The notes below the pieces were generated by a model. It was not told where the DNA came from, did not search any database, and worked only from the letters and a program-made list of their open reading frames with translations. The position numbers were made by a program, and so were the translations under genes. This document shows, piece after piece, positions 15,215-22,267 of a stretch of 46,964 bases of DNA (position 1 is its first letter; the number at the start of each line of letters is the position of its first letter). Location: the IMG/VR virus record IMGVR_UViG_3300029720_000024; one strand, written 5' to 3'. The DNA comes from a virus.

Positions 15215-15622
15215 ATGTCCCCAAACGCTGAAACTGTAACGCTTTCTATGTACTATGCTTATAAAGCTCGCGCCGCAGAGGGTGTCTTCCTCGATAAGGC
15301 TATTACCTTCGGCCTGGATTTCCCCGGCTTGCGTCCCGTGTTAAACGAGCTTGTGCGCTTCGGGGTGGTTCGCTCAAATACCATAGATACCGTGCAGCTT
15401 TCTTTGTCATTTATTAGCCATCTGGATAACGAGAGTAAGCAACGTGCCCAAAAAAGAGCTGAGGAGAACGAGAATGACGCCAAGGCGAATGTAGAGCAGA
15501 TGAAGCAGTGGCGTCACGAATGGCGTATCGCACTTGTTTCCGCTTGCGCAAGCTCTATACTCACGCTCCTTATCGAGCATTTCACTGAAATACTCGTCTT
15601 TATAAAGGAATTTTTCCATTAA
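15215..15622 (+). CDS. Hypothetical protein with a C-terminal hydrophobic segment
   Basis: GGAGG before the ATG at 15215. C-terminal ..WRIALVSACASSILTLLIEHF. Confidence 0.5.
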   Translation: MSPNAETVTLSMYYAYKARAAEGVFLDKAITFGLDFPGLRPVLNELVRFGVVRSNTIDTVQLSLSFISHLDNESKQRAQKRAEENENDAKANVEQMKQWRHEWRIALVSACASSILTLLIEHFTEILVFIKEFFH

Positions 15623-15691
15623 GCTCTTGCGTTTCATCGTTTCCCCCTTACGCTGTTCGTTCGTCAGCTCTAAATAGTGTGTCTTTGTTTG

Positions 15692-15904
15692 TTAATCGTT
15701 CGCGGTCACTTGTGAAGTGTCTAAATTTGTAAAAAAAACTTCCGTAGGATTATCAATTCCCAGAATACTTATCATCTTCTCGGCATCCCTTACGGTCAAC
15801 GTGTTCTTTTTTACTTTGGCAACTAAGGTGGATTCGCACATATCAAGCTCATGTGCCAGTTCTCTTTGTGTTTTTCCGCAACGTGCCAACGCTGCTCGAT
15901 ACAA
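15692..15904 (-). CDS. HTH regulator (Cro/CI-like), start codon uncertain
   Basis: ..ARCGKTQRELAHELDMCESTLVAKVKK... The track start is TTG, and no ATG or GTG lies near the AAGGGGG SD. Confidence 0.55.
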   Translation of the reverse strand: MYRAALARCGKTQRELAHELDMCESTLVAKVKKNTLTVRDAEKMISILGIDNPTEVFFTNLDTSQVTAND

Positions 15905-15933
15905 ATTTCTGTTAATTCTGACCGCCCCCTTGC

Positions 15934-15987
15934 GTCACTTATTAAGTGACTAAAGTGTAACATGGGTTTAGTCACTTGTCAAGTGTT
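15934..15987. promoter_or_regulatory. Palindromic operators GTCACTT-N3-AAGTGAC (two full sites)
   Basis: GTCACTTATTAAGTGAC at 15934-15950 and GTCACTTGTCAAGTGtt at 15971-15987. A third full site lies at 15705-15721 and a half site at 16013-16019. Confidence 0.75.
15954..15982 (-). promoter_or_regulatory. Leftward switch promoter: TTGACA, 17-nt spacer, TACACT
   Basis: The minus strand reads TTGACAagtgactaaacccatgtTACACT. The -35 element lies inside operator 15971-15987. Confidence 0.55.
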
Positions 15988-16000
15988 TTTAAAAAAGAAA

Positions 16001-16029
16001 TTGCATATTCTAAAGTGACGTGGTAATAT
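16001..16029 (+). promoter_or_regulatory. Rightward switch promoter: TTGCAT, 17-nt spacer, TAATAT
   Basis: TTGCATattctaaagtgacgtggTAATAT. The operator half site lies in the spacer. Confidence 0.55.
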
Positions 16030-16048
16030 ATAACCGAGGTGATGATAA

Positions 16049-16381
16049 ATGACCCTTGGCGATAAAATACGGGAGTTGAGAAGGGCCGCCGGGCTTACCC
16101 AGGGTGATTTGGCGAAGATGCTCAACACGACAAAGCAGACCATAGGGAAGTACGAACAGGGCATTGTATCTAATCTTCCTTTGTCTCGAATTGTCGAGCT
16201 TGCCAATGCGCTCAACACCAGTCCCGCCTATTTGATGGGCTGGACAAACGAACGACGCCGAATGAACCAAAGTGTGAGGATTGAGGCGATTATGAACAAT
16301 TTGGACGAGAGCGAGCAGCTTCAGCTTTTATCTTATGCTGAATTTCTAATGCAGCAGCATAAGAAAAAAGAAGGTCGGTAG
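16049..16381 (+). CDS. XRE-family repressor (CI-like, no peptidase domain)
   Basis: MTLGDKIRELRRAAGLTQGDLAKMLNTTKQTIGKYEQG. Confidence 0.8.
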   Translation: MTLGDKIRELRRAAGLTQGDLAKMLNTTKQTIGKYEQGIVSNLPLSRIVELANALNTSPAYLMGWTNERRRMNQSVRIEAIMNNLDESEQLQLLSYAEFLMQQHKKKEGR

Positions 16382-16439
16382 CTTCCGGATCGTGCTTTAA
16401 CTGTTCAACGATTGCAAGAATTTGTTCCCGCGTTGTCAT
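16290..16439 (-). CDS. Small hypothetical protein (49 aa), convergent with and overlapping the repressor 3' end
   Basis: Hand translation gives MTTREQILAIVEQLKHDPEATDLLFSYAAALEIQHKIKAEAARSRPNCS, with GGAGG 8 nt before the ATG. Confidence 0.4.
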   Translation of the reverse strand: MTTREQILAIVEQLKHDPEATDLLFSYAAALEIQHKIKAEAARSRPNCS

Positions 16440-16741
16440 CTATTCTACCTCCAAACACTTGTTCTGTTTTGATAATAACACGTTAGATTCAAAAAGAAAG
16501 GGGGAATTTGTATGAGAGTACCATAAACGGGACTGCGCTCGCCGATGTTGCACAAATCGTGCCTCAAATTTAATCGGCAGGGGCGATTTCTCACCCCCGC
16601 CTAAGACGGTGGAGAAGCATCGGGGAACCGTCCTGAATAAAGCATAGCATTTATGCCGCTCAAATCAAATACTCATAAAATAGCATTCGCTAACATTCTT
16701 GTTTTTTCGCCATAAATAAATGAAGAAGGTGATACCCATTG

Positions 16742-17137
16742 ATGTTATATGAGCGTTTACGCGCCATGAAAGGCGATATGACGGCGCAGCAGATAGCGGA
16801 CAAAAGCGGCGTACCCGTTGCCACGGTAAACCGTGTGCTTCAGGGCTTAACGGAAAATCCGGGGTTTGATACGGTCTACAAACTGGTAAAGGCCATGGGC
16901 GGGAGCCTGAACGATCTGGACGAGGATAGGGTGTGTGAGCCGGAAGGATCGACGCAGCTATACGAAAGAGGGTTAGAGTACAGGGAGCGGAAGATAGAGG
17001 ATTTGGAGCAGAAGATAAAGAAGCTGGAACGCATAAAAGCTATAATAGTGGTATCTATCCTTATAGCAATGGTAGTGGCAATGGGCTTATTGGTATATGA
17101 CATAATGCACCTCGATAGAGGGTGGATAATAAAATAA
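16742..17137 (+). CDS. Membrane-tethered XRE-type HTH protein (HTH, coiled coil, C-terminal TM helix)
   Basis: MLYERLRAMKGDMTAQQIADKSGVPVATVNRVLQG.., ..KIEDLEQKIKKLE.. and IIVVSILIAMVVAMGLLVY. Confidence 0.65.
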   Translation: MLYERLRAMKGDMTAQQIADKSGVPVATVNRVLQGLTENPGFDTVYKLVKAMGGSLNDLDEDRVCEPEGSTQLYERGLEYRERKIEDLEQKIKKLERIKAIIVVSILIAMVVAMGLLVYDIMHLDRGWIIK

Positions 17138-17229
17138 AGAATCCCCCGTGCCGAATTAGAGGGCGGCAACAGGGGATAAGGCGGATGCTTCTCCGCCTCC
17201 GATTTTAACACAACGGGAGGTTTTTGTAA

Positions 17230-18339
17230 ATGGCAAGGCAAAGTGACGGCAGATACCGGGCTAAAGTCACCGTCGGGCGGGCTGACGGCAAGAGCATAGT
17301 AAAGTACGTTTCCGGGCGCACAAGAAAGGAGCTGGAGGCCGCGAAGGAGGCGGTCAGGCAGGAGTTCATCACCGGGCGCACCGCACAGAAGGACGCGCTT
17401 TTCGGCCCATACGCCATACAGTGGTATAACGTCTACAAAAAGCCGAGCATAAAGGAATCGGCACAGAGCGGATATAAGACGGCACTCAACAAGCACATAT
17501 TGCCTGTTCTGGGGGACAAGCGGCTCACCGCAATATCCACTATGGACTTGCAGGAGCTGCTTAACTCCAAGGGCGATATGTGCGTAACCATAATCGAAAA
17601 TGTACACCATGTGTTAGAATCCGTCTTTAAGCGGGCATACTCCGAGGGGATAATCCAGCGGGACGTGACCGTGGGGCTGGTCAAGCCCACGAAAGAAAAG
17701 TCAAGCCGCCGGGCACTGACGGAAGCGGAGGAAGCGGCGGCAAAGAAGTTGATGCAGGAGGAAAACGGCCTGCTGGTGGCATTGCTATACTATACCGGAA
17801 TGAGGCTCGGTGAAGCCCTCGGCCTGCAATGGGAATGTGTAGATTTCAAGAAGAATGTCATACACGTCCGGCAGCAGGTCAATTTAAGGAAGGGCATGAT
17901 AACCCCGCCCAAGACGAAGGAGAGCATACGGGATATACCCCTGCCGGACGAGCTGGCGGAAATGCTCGTGCGGGGATTCCCGCAGGCGTTTGTATTCCCC
18001 GCCCCCGATGGAACATACTACCGCAATTCCTCTTCAAATAGGCTATGGCGTTCGCTGATGGAGCGCATGGCAGAGTTGGGGCCCGACATAGAAACGAGAG
18101 AGGACGGCGCCTCCGTCCTCACGCCGCACTACTTCCGGCACAATTACGCCTCCATACTCTATAATGCCGGCGTTGACGTGCTTTCTGCGCAGAAATTCCT
18201 CGGCCATGCCAACGTAAAGGTGACGCTTGAAATTTATTCACACCTTTCAAAGGAAAAAGAGGACGCAAGCGCGGGCGCAGTTATGGACGCTTTCAAAAAA
18301 AGGTTGCCGGAAAGTTGCCAGAGCAAAAGCACAAAATGA
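17230..18339 (+). CDS. int: Tyrosine recombinase / phage integrase
   Basis: ..ALLYYTGMRLGEALGLQW.. and ..HYFRHNYASILYNAGVDVLSAQKFLGHANVKVTLEIYSHL. Confidence 0.9.
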   Translation: MARQSDGRYRAKVTVGRADGKSIVKYVSGRTRKELEAAKEAVRQEFITGRTAQKDALFGPYAIQWYNVYKKPSIKESAQSGYKTALNKHILPVLGDKRLTAISTMDLQELLNSKGDMCVTIIENVHHVLESVFKRAYSEGIIQRDVTVGLVKPTKEKSSRRALTEAEEAAAKKLMQEENGLLVALLYYTGMRLGEALGLQWECVDFKKNVIHVRQQVNLRKGMITPPKTKESIRDIPLPDELAEMLVRGFPQAFVFPAPDGTYYRNSSSNRLWRSLMERMAELGPDIETREDGASVLTPHYFRHNYASILYNAGVDVLSAQKFLGHANVKVTLEIYSHLSKEKEDASAGAVMDAFKKRLPESCQSKSTK

Positions 18340-18552
18340 GCACAAGCAATCAAAAAAGCCCTAAATACCTAAGAAAAACGCCCGTGCAGCACGAGCGTTT
18401 TTGATGTTTGGTATCCGGCGGCTACCCGTTTTTTATTCAATTCCTTGCAGTTTCTCGTCCGTAAAAAGCGGCTGTTTATCTATATTTTCCGTTTGCGCTC
18501 GTTTTAGGGTTTGAAATAAAAGGTTGCCAGAAAGTTGCCGGAAGGTTGCCAG
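18295..18552. repeat. Two blocks of 11-bp-phased RGTTGCCR repeats flanking the int terminator (candidate attP arm sites)
   Basis: aaaaggttgccggaaagttgccag at 18298-18321 and aaaaggttgccagaaagttgccggaaggttgccag at 18518-18552. Confidence 0.5.
18374..18403 (+). terminator. Rho-independent terminator after int
   Basis: AAAAACGCCCGTgcagcACGAGCGTTTTT: one stem mismatch, followed by a T-run. Confidence 0.6.
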
Positions 18553-18984
18553 TTACGCAGTAAAATATTTTTCAACCTTGAAATCCTTACCGTCTATATC
18601 GTTAATGAAATCTTTTGCAAGGCTGAAATAAAACTCCGGGTCTTCTCCCCTGCCTACCATTTCGGCGGTATCATGGCTGTCGTTGTAGTACATATTCATG
18701 CACAGATAGTATTTGCATACCGCCGTTATTCCCTTCGTCGCCAGAAACGCCTTGATGGTATCATAGTCCCATTTTTGACCGTATGGGCGCATACCCTTGA
18801 CTATCTGCCGCGCCTCTTCGGGAGTTATCCGATATGCTATTTCTTCGAGGCAATACATCGTTTCTCTGTACACCTCCGGCAGACGGTCCTTTACCGTGTG
18901 CATCATATCAGAGAGCGCATCGGTCACTTCTGCCATATCGGTGTGCCTTTCGGATATCAGGCGTATGATCTCCTTAAAGCTCAT
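18553..18984 (-). CDS. Hypothetical protein (cargo module)
   Basis: 143-aa ORF whose TAATG start overlaps the upstream stop. Confidence 0.55.
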   Translation of the reverse strand: MSFKEIIRLISERHTDMAEVTDALSDMMHTVKDRLPEVYRETMYCLEEIAYRITPEEARQIVKGMRPYGQKWDYDTIKAFLATKGITAVCKYYLCMNMYYNDSHDTAEMVGRGEDPEFYFSLAKDFINDIDGKDFKVEKYFTA

Positions 18985-19364
18985 TACTCTGCGCCTCCGT
19001 TAATGCTTGCAAGGCTGTTGGTGAGTGCGCAAGTTTTATTGAGCAGTTTAAAGCTGCCGCCCGTGGTGTTGGTCTTGACGATGGTAGCATACCTGGTGCG
19101 GGTGCGTATGGCGCAGGCTGTGACCTGGGCGCAGCAGCTATCTATCAGCGGGTACTGTTCCGTGCCGGCGCCTATGGTGACAAACACGGGCGCGGTTATA
19201 GTGGTAGCCGCCGGGATAGACTGAGCTACCACGATGCAGTATTTCTGATTATCGTTATAGTTGCCTGCCGGGAGGTTGATTATCAGCCCGGTTCCCGCCG
19301 TGAAGGTAACGGCCTGGGAGATTATAAGGTTGGGGCAGAGTTTGCATACATTTTTACAAGCCAT
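18984..19364 (-). CDS. Cys-rich hypothetical protein (126 aa, 8 Cys)
   Basis: MACKNVCKLCPNLIISQAVTF..DSCCAQVTACAI.., with AAAGGAGC before the ATG at 19364. Confidence 0.55.
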   Translation of the reverse strand: MACKNVCKLCPNLIISQAVTFTAGTGLIINLPAGNYNDNQKYCIVVAQSIPAATTITAPVFVTIGAGTEQYPLIDSCCAQVTACAIRTRTRYATIVKTNTTGGSFKLLNKTCALTNSLASINGGAE

Positions 19365-19434
19365 TTTTATTATGCTCCTTTCGAAAATCAAGGGGCAGCA
19401 TACGCCGCCCCGATATATCACGGCATAGCCGGAA

Positions 19435-20016
19435 TTAGCAGCAGCAGCCGCAATTATTACCACAGAAGGGAGAGTTCCCCGCGTTGTAGGTGTAACCGTT
19501 GGGATAGCGGACTACTCCGTACATGCGGTTATCCATCTCAAGGCTGGACACTTTGTCCCTGAGAGCCTGCATTTCGTTCGCCTGTATCAGGGAGCGGGTG
19601 GCCTCGGCCTCGGCGTGGATAGCGGTGGTTATGTCGCAGGTGTTCTGGTTCATCTGCGCTGAGAGGTTGGCTATACCGAGCCTCTGTTCACAGCAGCAGT
19701 TTGCAAGCTGGTTGGACAGGTTCCGGCCTTCGGTGGTGATAGCGTTGTTCAGCGCGAAGGTGGAATCACATATACCGTTGCCGATGTTAGTCAAGCGGTC
19801 ATTGATCTGGCCGAAGTGCTGACCGAAGAGAATTTCCTGCTGAGACGCAGCGGTGGCATACTGTCCAAATTCGCCCTGGCGGTTCCAGCCGCCAAAGCCG
19901 CCGCCCATCATAGCAAAAAGTATGATAAGGGCGAATATCCAGAAGCCTCCGTTGAAGCCGTCAGTCTTGCCATCAGTTACCGCGGCTATATCCGCGAGAG
20001 AGGGCATATTATCCAT
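19435..20016 (-). CDS. Hypothetical membrane protein with a Cys-rich C-terminus (193 aa, 10 Cys)
   Basis: TM segment FWIFALIILFAMMGGGFGGW, ..LANCCCEQR.., a coiled-coil-like middle, and a C-terminal FCGNNCGCCC. Confidence 0.55.
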   Translation of the reverse strand: MDNMPSLADIAAVTDGKTDGFNGGFWIFALIILFAMMGGGFGGWNRQGEFGQYATAASQQEILFGQHFGQINDRLTNIGNGICDSTFALNNAITTEGRNLSNQLANCCCEQRLGIANLSAQMNQNTCDITTAIHAEAEATRSLIQANEMQALRDKVSSLEMDNRMYGVVRYPNGYTYNAGNSPFCGNNCGCCC

Positions 20017-20073
20017 AGTTCTAAAGTTCCTTTCGATTTATATTCCAATCCCGCGCGCGCTTCGGGTAATGGT

Positions 20074-20286
20074 CTACCTTAATTCAGAAAGAATATCCTC
20101 GGGGTCTATCCCGTATTGCTTGCAGGCCGCATAAAACATCTGTTTAGGGTCGCCGTTGCCTATCATCTGCTTTATCTTCTGTATTTGTCCGGGAACGGAC
20201 ATCATCTGTTTAGCCTGCGCTATCATTTGTGGGTTGAGTTTCCTCGGACTTCCTCCGCTTAGCATTTGTAGTATCGGGTTTGGCAT
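20074..20286 (-). CDS. Small hypothetical protein
   Basis: GAGGAA lies 7 nt before the ATG at 20286. Confidence 0.45.
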   Translation of the reverse strand: MPNPILQMLSGGSPRKLNPQMIAQAKQMMSVPGQIQKIKQMIGNGDPKQMFYAACKQYGIDPEDILSELR

Positions 20287-20626
20287 TTATCATTTCCTCC
20301 AATCTGGCTATTCTCTGTTCAAGGCCGTTCACATCGACAGGCGGAGCGGGTTTATACGGGGTTATGCTGTAAGGCGAGAGAGAGGGGAACCCCGCCCCGT
20401 CCGTTGTTTTAAGCCACACTATGGGGGCCGTTTCGTCCAACAGAAGAACGGAGCTATTAGGGGGCATTTGATATGCCTTTGCGCCGCCCTCGCCGTTCAC
20501 TTTGACTACTTCGGTTCGCTGATATTGGGTTTGCTGGTTAAAATAAGGTTGGTATGGATACACTGTTTCACGCTCCCTTCTACCTGAATTTTGGCATAAA
20601 AAAAGAGCCGATAGGATTGCTCCCAT
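20210..20626 (-). CDS. Hypothetical protein (Q-rich N-terminus). The start may be the GTG at 20563.
   Basis: ..YPYQPYFNQQTQYQRTEVVKVNGEGGAKAYQMPPNSSVLLLDETAPIVWLKTTDGAG. Confidence 0.5.
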   Translation of the reverse strand: MGAILSALFLCQNSGRRERETVYPYQPYFNQQTQYQRTEVVKVNGEGGAKAYQMPPNSSVLLLDETAPIVWLKTTDGAGFPSLSPYSITPYKPAPPVDVNGLEQRIARLEEMINAKPDTTNAKRRKSEETQPTNDSAG

Positions 20627-20640
20627 CGGCTATTTATCGG

Positions 20641-20874
20641 CTATTTACAGTGCGTTTTCAGTTGTTTTTCGGCAGCCTTGCACCGCCTTCGTATCTGGTC
20701 ATATTCAAGGGGTATTTCAAATTTAAGCTGGTACTCGCCCGTTAAAGCGTCGTATGATATCCCGTCTAAAAGGCGGCGGGTTATCAGCCAGCGGTCTTTT
20801 TCGTTATGTATCCATTCGTGTATGAGTGCTTCCCATTCCGTGCGTGAACGGGAATTAAGCAATGCTTTATCCAT
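20641..20874 (-). CDS. Sigma-70 region-4-like small regulator
   Basis: ..EALIHEWIHNEKDRWLITRRLLDGISYDAL.. matches a recalled pattern. The SD is weak. Confidence 0.4.
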   Translation of the reverse strand: MDKALLNSRSRTEWEALIHEWIHNEKDRWLITRRLLDGISYDALTGEYQLKFEIPLEYDQIRRRCKAAEKQLKTHCK

Positions 20875-20913
20875 TTCAAAGGGGCCCGCTTCTCCAAAAG
20901 CCTATACCTCCTT

Positions 20914-20944
20914 TATAAAAATGCGCCCCCCAATTAAGGGGGGC
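20914..20944 (-). terminator. Strong rho-independent terminator after the lysis cassette
   Basis: The minus strand reads GCCCCCCttaattGGGGGGC followed by gcaTTTTTAT. Confidence 0.75.
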
Positions 20945-20970
20945 TATTGAAAGGGAATCCCATCCGGGGG

Positions 20971-21171
20971 CTACTGTTTGTTGTAGTTTGCCGAGGATAT
21001 GCCCAGCACCGCGCCCAGGAACGTGTCAACGGCGGTGATAGTGCCGACGATCTCCTCAGGATAGGGGAGGTTCCAAATACCCGCAAGGGCAAAATAGAGG
21101 GTGCCTATGGCGGGGAGCCAGATCAGGGCGATTGCCTTGAGAATGTCGTATACCTTGTTCGAGAGTTTCAT
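20971..21171 (-). CDS. Holin (two TM helices)
   Basis: MKLSNKVYDILKAIALIWLPAIGTLYFALAGIW..IVGTITAVDTFLGAVLGI, with AAAGGAGG before the ATG at 21171. Confidence 0.7.
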   Translation of the reverse strand: MKLSNKVYDILKAIALIWLPAIGTLYFALAGIWNLPYPEEIVGTITAVDTFLGAVLGISSANYNKQ

Positions 21172-21184
21172 GTTTTTTCCTCCT

Positions 21185-21484
21185 TTAATTGTTGTGTGCT
21201 TCAAGCCTGTCCAGCCGGTGGTGGGCGCTTTTCGTGCTTTCTTCCACACGAGCCACGCGGAGGTCTATGTCCTCAATTTTGGTGGCCTGCGCCCGCATAT
21301 CGAGTTTGATATCGTCCACGCCGCGCTTGATGTAGTCCACGTCCGATTTAAGCGCGGTGTCAATGGCGGTGTCGCGTGTCGCCGCGTCAACCGCGTCCTT
21401 TCTTGCGGTCTTTATGTGAGCCAGCCAGCCCAGCAAAATGCCGCTCAAGCCTGTGACTATTGCCCATATCCATTCTTTGGTCAT
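21185..21484 (-). CDS. XhlA-like coiled-coil membrane protein (lysis accessory)
   Basis: N-terminal TM segment IWAIVTGLSGILLGWL, then ..RVARVEESTKSAHHRLDRLE. Confidence 0.5.
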   Translation of the reverse strand: MTKEWIWAIVTGLSGILLGWLAHIKTARKDAVDAATRDTAIDTALKSDVDYIKRGVDDIKLDMRAQATKIEDIDLRVARVEESTKSAHHRLDRLEAHNN

Positions 21485-21496
21485 GGGTGCTCCTCC

Positions 21497-22267
21497 TTAT
21501 TTTTTTAGTGTGCCTACATAGATTTTGCCGTCCACGGATACGGTAGCCTGCAACACGTTCGGTAGCTCTGTCGGTGTCATGCTGTGTGCCTGTGCAAACC
21601 GCTGTATAGCCGCAATGGTGTTTTTACCGGCTATGCCGTCCGCGTCCCCCGCGTCATAGCCCAGAGCGTTAAGGGCGGTCTGCAATGCCTTGATATCGTC
21701 GCCCCTCATCATGGGGCTCGTCAGGGTTATGATCTTCCGCTCCTTTACCTCCTCCTTTTCTTCCTCATGCTGGAGCAGGGCAAGCCGCCCCCAGTGCGTC
21801 CAGTTGCCATCGGACAGTTTGCGCTTGCATACGCCATCGTCGCGGCCTTTCGCCTCTATGGTGTAGCCGTCGCCGACGTATACGCCGACGTGAACCATTT
21901 TCTTGCTGCTTTCGCTGTACTTGAATACGAGGTCGCCCGCCAACATGGGGGTTTTCCCGGCGTAGCCCCTGTTTTCGCCGCACATACGGTAAAGCCCCTG
22001 GGCGTTGGTGTCGCCCTTCATCCAGTGCTTTATGTCGCTGATGTAGTGTACGATGAGGCCGGAACAGTCGAACGCGTAGAGAGGCCGTTTTTCGGCCTTC
22101 TCCATGAATTTCACGGCGCGGTTGTAATTCGTGTCGCTGGTTTCGCGCCGTTCTATCCATGCGTAGGGGTCGCTCATGCTGTCAACCTGCTGCCCCTGCG
22201 CACCCCAGACGTACATATCCCCGACATGACTTTCGAGGTATTCTATGAAGCCTGTTACTCTGCTCAT
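21497..22267 (-). CDS. Endolysin: NlpC/P60 (C40) peptidase plus a PG_binding_1 domain
   Basis: YVWGAQG..FDCSGLIVHY..GDLVF..HVGVYVGDGYTIEA, and a C-terminal DIKALQTALNALGYDAGDADGIAGKNTIAAIQRFQ-like segment. Confidence 0.85.
   Translation of the reverse strand: MSRVTGFIEYLESHVGDMYVWGAQGQQVDSMSDPYAWIERRETSDTNYNRAVKFMEKAEKRPLYAFDCSGLIVHYISDIKHWMKGDTNAQGLYRMCGENRGYAGKTPMLAGDLVFKYSESSKKMVHVGVYVGDGYTIEAKGRDDGVCKRKLSDGNWTHWGRLALLQHEEEKEEVKERKIITLTSPMMRGDDIKALQTALNALGYDAGDADGIAGKNTIAAIQRFAQAHSMTPTELPNVLQATVSVDGKIYVGTLKK

Noticed and set aside
16609-17197. Inverted repeat GGTGGAGAAGCATCGG (16609-16624) / CGGATGCTTCTCCGCC (17182-17197) flanking the XRE-TM gene, considered as the ends of a mobile cassette
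   Set aside because: Only an 11-nt exact core is shared. The right copy is better explained as the local hairpin GGCGGAtgcttcTCCGCC upstream of int. No target-site duplication or transposase is present. I kept it only as a weak note.
18340-18552. tRNA gene or tRNA 3' fragment at the integrase-proximal non-coding regions (also 16440-16738)
   Set aside because: I could not find a cloverleaf-compatible sequence or a GGTTCGAATCC-type T-arm. tRNAscan would be needed to exclude this formally.
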